From the NCBI GenBank assembly GCA_001179505.1, contig CDMY01000375.1, positions 31,215-95,214 of the forward strand: a stretch of 64,000 nucleotides of DNA, in the 5' to 3' direction. Shown piece by piece: positions 37,169 to 50,561 of this stretch. The notes under the pieces were generated by a model. The model saw only the letters and a program-made list of their open reading frames with translations. It searched no databases and was not told the origin of the DNA. This DNA comes from Vitrella brassicaformis CCMP3155. Taxonomy: Eukaryota > Protista > Chromerida. A program made the position numbers and the translations under genes. Each line of letters starts with the position of its first letter. The first letter of the stretch is position 1.

Positions 37169-39115
37169 CTAGACCACGGCGGCTCCCCCGCTCCCTGACG
37201 GCGGTGGCTCCACCAGGAATGTGTGCACCACACTGCTGCCGCCCTCGAAGGACGTCCTGTAGGTGGCGCGGTAGCCACACCTTCACACACAGGCACAGCA
37301 CAGCACACCCACAGACACAGACATATGGAAATCGGCAGTGCCGGTCTCTGGGCACCTTCTTGTGTACGCCATGGCAATCTTGGCCTCATAGTCGTTTGGC
37401 AGGCCAGCGCCCCGGATAGACAGCACCTGCTGCCCCCATAGAGTGGCCGGCAACACCAACATCATCTCGAAGGAAAACTTGCCGTCGTCCCTCTCACCTA
37501 CACACACACACACATCTCCATCCGCATCTGCAATGTGCGACCGGTGTGTTCCTGCTTCTGACTGTTGTTGTGTGTGTTGCTGCGGTGGGTGGGTGCGTAC
37601 CAGTGAGTTTGGCCTCTCCTTTTTCGGCGTATCCGAGGATGGTCATGAGGTTGGCGATCTGCTGCACATTGGACACGACGAAGGAGGGGGATGGCCGGGC
37701 GGCCGCCCGTATGATGCAGCACGTCTTGCCGCTCTCATCCGTGTTGAACCGATCGATAAGGAAGTCCAGCAAACGGTCGCCCACCTGCGCTTGCCGAGGC
37801 ACACATGGATGGAACAAACGACAGACAGACACATTGATTGGATTGGGCCACACACACCACACCCAACAGAGGAGAGAAGCACTCACTGCCTGCAGTCTGT
37901 CTGTCTGATCAGGTAGGCGTGCGTGCGTACCGTACCCTTCGGCTGTGTTCGGATGGCAGGAGGCTGTTGTCAGCCAGGAAAGCGGGTCGACGCACGAGCT
38001 GCTCCTCGCCCGTCGCACCCGTCTGACGCGACGCATCGAATCATTCGATGCCGACAGACAGACAGACATACAATACACACATCTATGTTGCGTCGCGACA
38101 GAGGTCACGGTCGACGCGCACGTCTGTGCACCATGCACCCACTGCACCCTTCCTTGTTGTTATCTGTCAATTGATTGATTGACCTTTTCGACGAACAGCT
38201 GTTGGCCGGAGCACATCTCGGTGTAGAGCGTCAGGTATTGTGCGAACGATATGAAATCGAAATAGTTCGCATCGGCCAAATCTGCAAGACAAAGGCAGCG
38301 GATCCGATCCGAGGCGTCACGACTGACTGAGTGGATGGACATCCTGTCCTGTCTGTCCTCTCCCCTCCTAGCTAATCAATCTACCCCCTCACCTCACCTC
38401 CCTGTGTGATCGGCATTGGCTTGAGCCTCTCGCGATAACGCTCCCACTCATTCTGTCGATAGAGGAAGAAATCCTTCTGGAAATCTGCACACACCACAAA
38501 CACACACACCACACAGTGACCGACTGACAATGAGAGCGCCGCCACACTCCTCTCTCTGCTTGCCTGCCTGCCTGCTTGCCTGCCTGCCCGTCATCCCACC
38601 TACCCACCATTCATGGGCACGAAGTCCAGTTCATCAGCGACGTTGTAACTCTGCCGCATCATCTGCACAGCGAAGTCCTGGTTGATGCGGGTGCGGGGGA
38701 TCTTGACAGGTGCCGGAGACCGCAGCTCGTCGGCCGCCTGTTTGAGCCTCTGCAACAAGTTCAGGTCGGCGCCGCTGTCCCGCGAGAAGGGGTCCACACC
38801 GGCCGCAGAGAGCGATAGTGAGGGCACTGCTGATGCCTCTCCGTCTGTGTGGTCCCTCCTCGAGACGCCCAAGGGGGATGATGATCGAGAAACAGACGAC
38901 ATCATCATGATGACGGTCGCAGGCCGGCGCCTTTCTGTTAAGCCACGACAATGCCGGCTGCATATCCGCCGCCTCGTATGGCCCAGCGGTGGCTGCATGA
39001 ACGAGAACTGAAGCCTCGGTCTTCTCACAAGGGATGCATTGTCGTCAGTGAGGCTGTTTGCAGAGCTCGAGGTCATGAAGACCGTAGCGACAATGAGTGA
39101 CAAGAGGGGCCGCAT
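37169..39115 (-). CDS. Plastid-targeted conserved hypothetical protein
   Basis: Signal peptide MRPLLSLIVATVFMTSSSA plus an S/R-rich transit region. The core DFAVQMMRQSYNVADELDFVPM..FQKDFFLYRQNEW..GDLADANYFDFISFAQY resembles an uncharacterised algal/plant plastid family, from recollection. Confidence 0.7.
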
Positions 39116-39510
39116 ATATAGATGGGAGGGCGGGGAACGTTGATCGAAGATGCTGCAGAGGTCTGCAGCAGCACGGCAGATCTGCAGCACAAGCTTAGTG
39201 GCAGGGAGATAGCTAGCTGCGTCAGAGAATTAAACGCGGTGCACGTGTCATCTATTCAGATGTGCTCACCTACCCCCGTAGATCTATCGGGTGATTTTCC
39301 TCTGCGAGTCACGGCAGGAGCAGTTTCAGGCAGGACCCTAGCCGGCCTGAGGCCAAGTCCTCTACTCAACATGAAACACCACCCGACATGCAACACAGAC
39401 ACGCAACAGGCAGCACGCGGAGGGCAGAGGCAGTAAACAGGTGGATACGCAATGGCGATCCTCGTGCGAGCTCATATTGTAGGTAAAAACTCGCAAAAAC
39501 GGAGGGCAAA

Positions 39511-40240
39511 ATGGTTCAAACTCCGTCCGTAGGCTCGTCCCACTTGGGAGGGGCTTCCTCAAGTGCGCGAGGTACGTACGCAAGGGGGGAAAAGGGAGAG
39601 AAAACAGAGGAATGATCATGCGTGTCGGATGGCCTCTCACCTCTTCCCTGCCTGTCTGTGTGTGTGTCTTTCGTGTCAGGTGGGGTTGTCCCGCCCATTC
39701 CGCCGCTGCCCGAGCCGCCCCGCTATGTGCCGCCCAACGAGCGGCAGTGGGTGCCGGCGGCCCTCACGACCAAGCTTCCCCCCAAGACCGTGCCGCGCGA
39801 GACCACCCGGGCGCGTTATCAGCAGTTGCTCAAGGACACGAAGGCCAAGATGTACGAGGACGCCCTCGCAGAGGCCCTCCGGCGTGATGCCAGACGCCAT
39901 GAATTTTCGCATCAAATACGACACACGGGTGGGTGGGCAGAGGGCGACTGGGGGGAAAGAGGAGGCGGTCATCCCATCATGGGTGGCATGGTCGTGGCTG
40001 GCCTGTCGTGTGTGTGGTGTGTGCACTTTGGTCAGAACCTGTATTTGGTCGGTTCGCTGGAGCCCCTGGGGCTGTGGGACCCGAGCCGCGCGGTCAAGAT
40101 GACCTGGAACGATGGAACGAGGCCAACATGTGGACCTGCACCGTCAATCTGCCCATCTGTAAGCACCAAGCGACTGACTTACTGAGTGACTAATTCACGC
40201 ACGACGTGGTGGACTGGGAACACAGCACAGCACTCACACA
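39511..40240 (+). pseudogene. Disrupted CBM20 (starch-binding domain) gene
   Basis: FRIKYDTR..FGQNLYLVGSLEPLGLWDPSRAVKMTWN(E)ANMWTCTVNLP is CBM20-like. The frame is broken at 39886-39899 and 40105-40120, and the expected acceptor reads GTGCAC rather than GTGCAG at 40021-40026. Confidence 0.7.
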
Positions 40241-42760
40241 ACGATCGGTGTGCATTGCACGGTGTCGTGAGTTGTTGGTGTGTGTGTGTGTTTATGTGTG
40301 TAGCTCAACTCGGTGCAGGGCGGCGTGACGGTGGAGGACGCCTGGGGGCAGGGACGGGGCTAGGGGGATGATCAGACAGACAGATAGGAGTGGGCGTCAG
40401 GTGTGGCTGGCTGCCTGTGCAGTGTGTGTGTGTGTGTTTGTGCATTTATGTTCCTACTTGCTCTGCTACCACCAGTGATTTGTCTGCCTACAACTGGGAT
40501 GATGGATGGATGGATGGATGGGGCCGTGGATGCCTGGCTGTCTGGCTGTCTGGCTGACTCAGGGCTGTGTTGTGTTGTGCCGTGTCGTGTGCAGCTATAT
40601 CTGTCGCCATAAATATGGCTGTGTCACTAGATCGATATCGATTGCTGTGTACGTGCATTCATGTCGTTCGTCCGCCGAATCCATCTGTCCGTCCGTCTCC
40701 CTCATAGAACGAACGACTCACTCACTCACTCACTCATGACACACCTCTCTCTCTCTCTCCATCGCGCGCAGGCAGGCAGTGGGTCAAAAGGGATAATCGA
40801 CAAGTGTGTGCATGCCAGCTTCTTTTTCGGACTGCGCGCGTTCTCGTGATGATTGATTGGACGACTGAATGAATCAACGAGCGGTGTTGGCCCGGCATGT
40901 CATCATCCCTCTCTCCCTCTTTCGAGCCACCTGGGCACTCACTCACTCATTCACTCATTCACTCACTTGACAGACAGGGGGTCAGGCAGACACAGGTGGC
41001 CTGGGGGTGGGGTGCACGTGTTCTCAGCTTCTGGCGTGTGATGTCAACAACAAACAGCTCACTCACTCAGATGGTCTGTCCTCTGTGTTGTGTTGGCGTC
41101 ACGTCACTCGCTGGTGAGGTCGGAGCACACAGCACTGACTGACACACAAACACCGCAGGCAGACCAGACAGGATCGAAGGAAGCACAGATGCATTGCAAC
41201 GCAACCTGATTGGCCGATTGGTTGGTTGGTTGGTTTACTGGGTGATGTACAGTCTCTCTGTGTGAAACCAGTCTGTCCCTGTGACGTGACGTCGGTTTTG
41301 GTTCGGTTTCTCGCGTTGTTGCCTGCCTGCGACGCCAGTGAGTGCAGTGCACTGGGGTCCTCAGCCCGAGAGAGGGCACGGGGCCCCGCACGGCGTTGCG
41401 AGCGGCATTGCGAGTGACCTGCTTGCTGTTCATGTTGTGCAATAGTGTGAGCTCACTCACTCCCCGCCACTCGTTGACCCACTTGATGTATATCATTGGT
41501 TGACGCATGCCTCTTTCGTGAGAAGAAGAGGCAGATTGGTTTTCCAGCTCCTCCGTCTGCCCTTCGTTTTGTGTGTCGATAGATAGCCTACCTGTTCTGT
41601 CTGTTCTGTTCTGCTGTGCTGTGCTGTGTGTGTATGTCTGCATATGACTAGACTAAGGTAGTTGGTTCGCCGGTGTCTTTTTTTTCAATCAAAGTCCCTG
41701 TGTGTGAGTGCCTGTGTGCAAGACACATTGATATGTTTGTGGATCCACACGCACATATGTATGTGTGTCAAGGGACATGCACACCCACAAAAAAGGTCCC
41801 ATGTATCATCGAGCTCGACAGAGAGAGACGTGCACACACACGCAGACACCACACACGAACACGCGGTGCAAACATGCAGTAACTAAGTACTGTCGGTCTG
41901 CAGTCACACGGCACGCGCATATGCAATCACTGAATCACCATGGAGCAGCCAGCCAGCCAGCCAGCCAGCCAGGGGTACATATCCTATCCACAACCACCAA
42001 TCAGCCGGAGAGAGGTGCCATCGGTGCGATGGATGCAGAACGCGCAGACAGGCAACACACACACATGCATCGCAGCCATCCCACTCATGTGTTTGCGTAC
42101 GCAGACACCACACGGAGAGAGACATGCATGCGGGGGATTTCGCTGGCAGCCCAGCCATCAATCAATCCACCGCCCGTATTCTATCGCCTTCCTCCGCCCG
42201 GCAGCCATCTCATCTCATCTCATCTCATCTGCCCTCCTCCACCGGTAGGTATATCCGCCCGCCTCACACACACACTGCCTGAGTGCCTTCCGTCCTCCCT
42301 CATAGCTGTCTGCGTTTTTGCCTGCTACGCTACCATCTCCCTGTCTGTCTGTCTCTTTTGTGCGAATGTGTTGTGTGCAGCTCGGTGGATCTTTATTTAT
42401 TGTATTGTGGTATTGATGTGCTATTTATTGTGTGTGTGTTCGGTCTACTGCGCGGCCACGGGGCGGTTCTGCCCGCCACCCACAGCACCACCACCACCAG
42501 CCGCCTACAGCCGCACCAGTCAGTCGCACATTCGTGCTGCATCTTTTCGTGCGCAGGTGCTGGCGTCCCGTACCGATGAGTATGGTGTGCTGGTGAAAAC
42601 GCCGGAGCGCGGCGCGGGACTTATCGACGACACAACGCTGACCATACAACACACACACACACACACATACATACACATATACACATACACGTACGTATAT
42701 GCGTGTGTGTGTTGGTGTGTGTGCAGATCAGATCGCATTTATTTATTGTTGGATGGCTCC

Positions 42761-44552
42761 TTACGGCTGTGGGGGTGAGGCGATGATGCTGCCGCCGCCC
42801 CCGAGCCCCGTACTAGCGCCCACCACAGGGATGTTGGCCAAACCACCCGACGCATCCGTCCTGAAGGACCTCACGCAACACAACACAACATGAGACGACA
42901 GGTGCAAATGGCATAGAGCCCAGAAGGCGTGTGTGGGGGTGGGGTGGGGTGGGGTGGGGTGTGTTGGGTTTGCGCACGAAAATGGCCGGTATGTGGTCGT
43001 CTGCATCTTGCGAAGTTCTGCACCGATATGACAGACACGAGGGACGCACGGATGTGCGAGTGGTGCCTTAATATCGTTTGGCGTAGATGTACCCTCATGC
43101 AGTGCGTTGATGTACTCGGCCTGCTGCTTGTGCGACGCTATCAACGCCTTGATGTCCGGACCAGCTGCACCACACACAAGGGACACGTCAGACAGGCAGG
43201 TCCGACGGATCAGCTGCCCAGCAGTGTTCAGCTGCCCACCCCACCAGTGGTCTTGACATCCTCGCCAACGAATATCGAACACGTCTGACCACACACCACA
43301 CCAAACCCACACACATACAGCTGTCCCGTAAGTAATGCGTGTGCGTGAGTGAGTGTGAGTCTGTGTGTGTGTGTGTGTCAATGGGAAGGAACTGACTGTC
43401 TGACCTGTCGGCCGCCCCGTTTGACTTCGAAGGATGAGGCGATGATGCTCAAACATACCTTGGGCTGGTACACGTCCACCGTAGCCTCCTTGTACGCCTA
43501 AATACATACGGACATACCCCAACACACAACACAACACAACACAACACACACGACACAGCCACCCATCCCATCCATCCCATCCACGAGAGNNNNNNNNNNN
43601 NNNNNNNNNNNNNNNNNNNNNNNNNNNNNNNNNNNNNNNNNNNNNNNNNNNNNNNNNNNNNNNNNNNNNNNNNNNNNNNNNNNNNNNNNNNNNNNNNNNN
43701 NNNNNNNNNNNNNNNNNNNNNNNNNNNNNNNNNNNNNNNNNNNNNNNNNNNNNNNNNNNNNNNNNNNNNNNNNNNNNNNNNNNNNNNNNNNNNNNNNNNN
43801 NNNNNNNNNNNNNNNNNNNNNNNNNNNNNNNNNNNNNNNNNNNNNNNNNNNNNNNNNNNNNNNNNNNNNNNNNNNNNNNNNNNNNNNNNATCCCTCCCTC
43901 CCTCCCACGTCCCCAGCCCCAGTGCACCCATCCGTCCTCCCCGGGCCCCCTGTTAGTTACCTGTTCGAACTTCTGTGCGAGTACGAGCCTGTCGGTGTGT
44001 GTGGCTCTGGGGTCTGTGGCGGTGTCGAGGTTGAACCACTGCTGGAAGATGCCGCTGCTGTACCGCTCCGAGAGGCGGTCCATGGGGATGCGCAGGCTGC
44101 CCACCTGGCGGGCTATCTCCGGCGTGAACATGGGCTCCGGGCACTCGTACACGTCCAACGTCAGGATCGTGTACACGCCACACTCGACACACGCGGTCTG
44201 CGTACGACCTATCACCTACACAATCACACACACATACACACAGATGCAGAGAGGGATAGAATGATGGATGGATGGATGGATGGATGGCAACAAGAAACCA
44301 TCGACATTTCCCCCGTGTGTGTGTCGCCTGATCTCTCCACTCTCCTCCTTCCCTGCGCCCTCTCTGGCCTTCTCTCTCATCCACTCATCTGGGCCCCTCC
44401 CTCCCTCGCTCTCTACGCGCGTACCGTACCTTGGTGGATGTGCCTCCCGTGCTGACGTTGACATAGTAGAATGCGTTGCGGGCGCGGGGGGCGTGCACAT
44501 CCACCATCGTCACCAAACAGGGGATGGTATCGCCCGTCAACATGTTACCCAT
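42761..44552 (-). CDS. Hypothetical protein with a C2-like beta domain and coiled-coil tail
   Basis: MGNMLTGDTIPCLVTMVDVH..AFYYVNVSTG..ILTLDVYEC..QVGSLRIPM..FQQWFNL has a C2-like pattern. The N-terminal MG could be myristoylated. The gene spans a gap. Confidence 0.55.
43590..43889. other. Assembly gap (300 N)
   Basis: Run of N. Confidence 1.
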
Positions 44553-44633
44553 CCTTGCAAACGCCGAAAACACCACAACGCCTTTCGGCTCCAATCTTGA
44601 AGATTTACGAAAAAGGAGAGCGGGTGTCCGGCG

Positions 44634-46479
44634 ATGTCGTACAACCATCCCTATTACGGTGGTGCATCGTCTTCCCGTCCCCCTGGTCCGAGTGATGATG
44701 ACCTCAACGAGGCGAGGCAGGGGCTCAGGCTGCTCAAGGCCAAGATGCGCAGGCAGAGCCTATCGTGGCAAAAAGAACAGCGAGCCGCCGAGTAGGGAAC
44801 AGAAAACACACCAGCCACATATATCTCACCAAATATGTATCGGTGTGTGTTTTTCTCCTCTCTGTTATCTTTCCTTTCAGGCAGGGTCTTCCAGCTCCCG
44901 GCATCCCCCAGCCGTCCCACCCCTCATACCCCTCGTCCAGCTACTCTTCCAGGCCCCAGGCAGCGGCCGCACGCCCAGTGCCGGGCGCATCTCGCGTGTC
45001 GCCCGGGCAAATCGCCAGACAGCCACAGCCATTCTCGCCTGAGGATGACACATCAATGCTCCCTGCCAGAGGTGGCGGCATCGGTGGTGGTGGTGGTTGG
45101 TCTGCTCGTCCCCTCCAGATGAGTAGCAGGGAGCGGCTGGGGCAGGGCGGCGATGAGGGAAGGGGCGAGGGGGTTGCTGTCAGTGGTGTTGTTGGGGGTC
45201 GTGGGTTTGAGGTGCTGCGGCAGCCTGTAGGTGCTGCCAGTGGTGGTGTTGGAGCGGCGTCGGGTGGGGGTATCCCGAATGAGGAGGACGCCGTTGCTGA
45301 GCCTGTCGACCTGACTGAGGTGAGATTGTCAGGAAGAGCCAGGGAGAGAACGGCCGGGGCTTGATTGCTGGCTGTCGTGTCGCAAGCAAACTGTGTGTGG
45401 GCGTCCGTCAGTGTGACGGCTGCGGCCGTTCGTTTCGCCCCGAGGCACTCGCGAAGCATCGGAAAGTGTGTCAGAAGGTCAGGCATACCATGGACGGATG
45501 CTGTGGATGGAAATGTGCACTCAATCACTCACTCTCCACACAACTAAGTAGGGATACCTAAGGTCCTATACGTCTGTCTTGGCCCACAGGTGTTTCAGCA
45601 GAAGCGCAAGCCCTTCGACGTGGCGGCCCTGCGCGTGTCAGGCGTGGACGGCGGGCCCGAGGCGCTCCGCAGACTTAGACACGACCAGAGAAAAGCCAAA
45701 AGGAAAACGTATGCACCGCACGGGAGGCAGGCAGGCAACGGCCGCAGAGTGTCTCTCTGTTGTGTTGTGTGTATGTGTCTTGTCTTGATCGACTGACCCA
45801 TGCCATTCTACCTCTTTCACTCTGCCCGCCCCGCCTGTGTGGTGTGCAGTGGACAAGGCAGCGGCGGCGATGCTCCTATCAAGAAGACGCCCGCATGGAA
45901 ACAACAAGTAGCCACCGGCCACGCACGGACACGCCTATACAAGAATTTATGTGTGTCGTTGCCCCCTTTGCAGAGCGAAGCGTTCCGTGCGGCCATCGCA
46001 GCATCGCGCGCCACCACAGACGAAGCCAGACAAGAAGCACAGGCAAGAGAGAACACCACACCACCCACACCAATCCATGTCTCTCCTTCCCGTGCTGTGG
46101 TGCATGGCATGATGGCATGTGTGTGTTTGCGTGGCCTGCAGGCTCGTTTGGATGCGGTGGGTCCTGACCCGTCGATGGTGTCGTGTCCCCACTGCGGCCG
46201 CACATTCAACCAGGACGCCGCAAAAAGACACATACCTATCTGCGAAAAGACATTCGCCAAGAAGGGCGGCCGGCTTGCTAAGGGAGGAGGCACACTCGCA
46301 GCTGCAGGTAGGTGGCCTGGGAGGGAGGGAGGGAGGGAGGGAGGAACATTCGAATGAAGAGTCCGAGACTCCTCTTCTCCCTCTTGTGTGCTTCTGTGCA
46401 CGTAATGAATGTGTCAGGCGGCGGCATGGCTGCCTCAGCGTCTGCGCCCTCCTTCCCGAAGCGTGGAGGGCGCAGATGA
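44634..46479 (+). CDS. C2HC zinc-finger protein (ZC2HC1-like)
   Basis: Two C2HC fingers, CDGCGRSFRPEALAKHRKVCQK.VFQQKRKPFD and CPHCGRTFNQDAAKRHIPICEK, plus the linker WKQQSEAFRAAI. Confidence 0.85.
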
Positions 46480-46873
46480 GTGCGTGTGGGGATGGTGGAT
46501 TGCTGGGTCATACATATCATGGCGGCCTCTCTCTCAGTCCCTTTGATTCGTGAATGGATGGATGGATGTGCCAGCCCGTGGACGTACGGACCATTCTGGC
46601 GTGTGTGTGGGTGGGCGCTGCTGACTCACTGACTGAGTGAGTGTTTGTAGAGGACCTGACCTGGAGGGAACCCAGGAGTCAGTGAATCTTCCATGGAAGT
46701 CCTGTCAGTCATCACATGGCCACATCACACACACACAGGCCTCATTTGGCTGGCTGCCACCAGCACACCGCACAGGTCAGCCTGCCCTGCACATGATGGA
46801 TGGATGCTGCTCAATGACATCTACCGACAAACGCATCACCACCCTCCCATCGTAGACCTAGGCGCTAGCTAGG

Positions 46874-49044
46874 TCACAGCTTGCCATTGTTGGAGCATGC
46901 GGCTCCGCCATTCTGCCCTGTGGCCGACTGACATGCTGCCTGAGGCCTCGGCTGATCCATGGCCTTCAACACGTCCGCCATATTGTCCCAAATCAGCGTG
47001 TTGTGGTCCGCACCGGCAAATTCAACATACTGCGCACACACATCCACACATCCATCGGCACATCCGGGGAGGGAGGGAGGGAGGGAGGGAGGCACACACC
47101 TGAAGTGCAGCCAAGTGCGTATCGTAACTGCACTCATACTTACGCGGGTGGCGAATGGTGTTGGCTGCTGCTGGGTGAGTGTCTTTGCGAGGCCGCCCAG
47201 CTCCCTCCCCATGTACACAGGGACGACCTCGTCACGATCGCCATGCATGACGGTCAGGGGGATGGCCGAATCAGACACGTGGTCTTCCCACAAGTGTGGG
47301 TCAAGCAGAGACGTCAGCCGCTTCCTGTTGTCCCACCTTAGGTGTGCACCACACGTGCACAAAGAATGAGACAGACAGTGACTAGGTAGGTGTCTGTGTC
47401 GGCCAACGTCCGTGTCGCCAACTAACTTGTGGACGAGCAGCGTTTCCACGACGGCTGTAGGGATGATGGGAAAGACCACAGTGGCCATGTCGACCAGAGA
47501 TGTGAAGGGCGATATCAGCAGCAGCCGCCCCAGTGAGATCGAATGGTAGGCGGGCTTGGGGTTGCCCGCATGGTTGAGCCGCTGTGCGACAGCCAACGCA
47601 AGCTGCAGGCCCTGAACAGAGAAACAAACATTCCGACACAAAAAATCCTATCTTTCTATGCATATGGATGACGTCTGTCTGTCTGTAAGTACCGACCGCT
47701 GCTGCTCCGATCGAGTGGCCGAAGACATTGAGCTCGATGGGCGGCAAGGGCCCCGAATAATGCCGGGATAAACTATCCAGGCAGGCATCCAACGCCTGCA
47801 GGCCAGGCAGGAGTCGAGTCAACCAATACACCACACATAACATACAGACGCAGACACATAAACGAACGACACACGTACGGTAGGTACGCACACATGGATA
47901 CGATAGTGGACCGTGTAGTGCAGCGCTCAGCTCACCTGCACTGACGTTTTCATGGTGTTGGCTGGGGTGGGTCGGCCCTCACACTCGCCGTAGCCTTCAC
48001 ACGGCAGGCAACACACAATGAATGCACTTCAATCACATCATGGTGGCCACAGCGTGATTGCATAGCAGACCAATGCCTGTCTGCCATTGATTGTACCAGG
48101 GTAATCGGCCAGCAGGAACGCCATATCGTCCTCCTCTCCACTGTCGTCCTTTCCCGCTTTGACCCGCCTCCTCAGGTATACGCCCACGAACTCCAGCCAG
48201 TCCAGTGCGAGGGCAGCGTTGCCCCCGAATAACACCCACAGCCGGAGAGGCGACCGGGGGCTCACCACCGTGCCGACACGGGAAGATCTAGGAGGGATGA
48301 GAAACGCCGTCTGGTGGCCGATTGAAGCATCCTGAGAAAGCCAGAGGGAGGGAAGGCAGCCATTGCAAGCAGCGTGGTGTGTGTGTCATTCATTCATTCA
48401 TATGCACCATTTGGTCTTTGTTTCAAGGTCAGTCACCTTGAACTGAATGTCTTGTATTGGCTGCCGCCCGATGCTGCCGAGGAACTCATCGAATGCCCTC
48501 CTCTGCTCCTCATAGAAGCCAGCGCCTTTGTACTTGCGCTTGAAGTATATCAGGTGGTCCTGCGCGAGGCTGAGGACGGCTATAAGAGACGCCCCGACAG
48601 CTACAGCCACTGATTGCAATGAATCACAGACACTCATGCAGAGGGTGCGAGTCAAAGCGCATGTCGATGTGCATTGGTGTACATGCCATGCATGTTATGT
48701 ATGTGTGTTGGTGCTTGTGTGCGTACGGTACCTGCTGCCCGTCTGCCGATGGTAGATCCGTGCTTGTTGAGCCATTCCCTCACTCGCTCCATGCCAGGAT
48801 CAGACACAAGCCAATCTGCACAGACATGCAGCAAGTGACGGATCTGTTTGCATTTCATTGTTTCCGTCTGACCAGTGACTATAGGTGGCAGGAAAGTAAG
48901 CCGACGCGCGAGATGCTTCCACCTGATGTGTCCACCAACAGCAGCTCTCAGATCTTTCCTCGCTGTTGGTCTTGCTGTGGCGTCAGCAGCGACAATGAAC
49001 AAAAGCGGCAGCGTTACGACAAGTAGAGGACGATATGAACCCAT
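46874..49044 (-). CDS. Alpha/beta hydrolase (ABHD12/13-like) with N-terminal hydrophobic segments
   Basis: FGGNA, spliced DYPGYGECEGRP, nucleophile GHSIG, ISPFTSL, HGDRDEVVP and GADHN motifs. Confidence 0.85.
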
Positions 49045-49289
49045 CGGAAAGGCATCTTTTCTTCCTCACTTTCAAGCTCGCATCGATCGGCTGCGGCATG
49101 GTTTCTGCCTTCGGGAGCCTTCCCGACGGCTGCCACTGAGCACAGGGTGGTGCGCGGAGGAAAGAGAACAAGGAAATGCTGCAATTCCATCCATTCGACG
49201 TCCCGTCCTGGTGCGTCCCGGCTGCCTTGTGATGGTGATGGGACGGCTGCCGGGCGTCGGGTGAAGGATAAGACAGCCCCGCCACCGTC

Positions 49290-50526
49290 ATGGAAGAAGG
49301 TACGTGTGTGCAACAAACATATACGCAGAGGGAGGGGAGGGGAAGAGGAATCATCCAACAGTGACTGATGTTGGTGGATATGTGTGGGTGCAGGCGAGGG
49401 CGATGGTGGCGGTGGTGGTCGGTCTGCCCTGCCTGGCAGCGGCACTTATGGTCTCCCCGACGAACGGGTCAGCCATCCTCATTCGACACTCGCCGCATAC
49501 ACTGCGAAGATCGCTCTCTCCCCTCTGTGTTGTTGGTGCAGGCACGTGCGGATGGCGGCGTTAGTAAAGTTCAAGAAGACTTCAATCGCATATCGACACT
49601 GTTTGAGAGAGTTCAGTCCAAGGTCACGACATGACACTGACACTGACACCCAGGCAGGCAGAGAGGCACCGCAGCTTTCATGTGTGCGTTGGTTTGTTGG
49701 TGCCAACAGTGGTCGGCTGATCCCTCTCGGGCGGCGGAGAAGCTGCTGGACGGCCGAACTGATGTACAGGTGAGCGTGTGGACGGATGGCTTACACTGGT
49801 CGCGTTGGGGGGCCTATGTGCCTGTTTGTGTGTGCAGTGTGAGCTGTCGGCCGTGGCGAGCAGTCTGTCGCGCATAGACGCCCTTTTAGACACATCTGCA
49901 AAGGTACACAGACACACACATGTGAGTAGAGGGAGGTAGCTGGCGAGACCTAGCGGCAGCGGTGTGGTGTGGTGTCAGGATGAGTTGGTTGGTGCTGGAG
50001 GGTCGGTGGGCATAGCTGAGGCCAACGAGGCACATGACACTTCCATACCGGTACACACACACACACGTACGAGGAGCCATGGCATATGTGTGTGTGTGCT
50101 GTGTGTTCGTGCTGTGCGGTATGCCATCAGGTGGGTGTCGGTGACGCACCAAATTCGGTAAGCAAATGGCGACGGCGACCCAAGGCTGTATGCCGACAGC
50201 CATGGGTCCTCTCTCCCTGCGTATGTCTGTGTGTGCAGGTATGTGTGTCGGAGGTCAAGCGGGCCCGATTGGAGGGTCACTCAGGCCATCACGCTGCTGC
50301 TGCTGCAGCGAGTCGCGGTAGGTGGCGACACAGCACATGAACCACATCCATACCAATCAGACGCACCCCAATGCCCTCTCTGCCTGTCTGTGTGTGTGTG
50401 TGTGTTGTGCAGGCGGTCAGTCTGGCGGCCCTCAGCAAGATGGGCAAACCCAAGACCAACAGCAGCAACAGCAGCAGGTCAACCAGATGAACACACGTGG
50501 GCGTGACGCCCATTGACGCCCTCAGA

Positions 50527-50561
<35 letters not shown>

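Noticed and set aside
40400-42760. Long ORFs (e.g. 41765-42778, 41104-41643) as genes
   Set aside because: They are dominated by microsatellite-derived H/T/C/V runs with no coherent exon chain or recognisable motif.
31630-44215. ORFs containing X runs
   Set aside because: They are artefacts of reading through the two N gaps.
44751-44880. GC-AG intron in the ZC2HC1-like gene (similar candidates near 7970 and 50810)
   Set aside because: An in-phase GT donor (GA|GTAGGG near 44790) explains the junction equally well, and the other cases have alternatives. Not supportable without RNA data.
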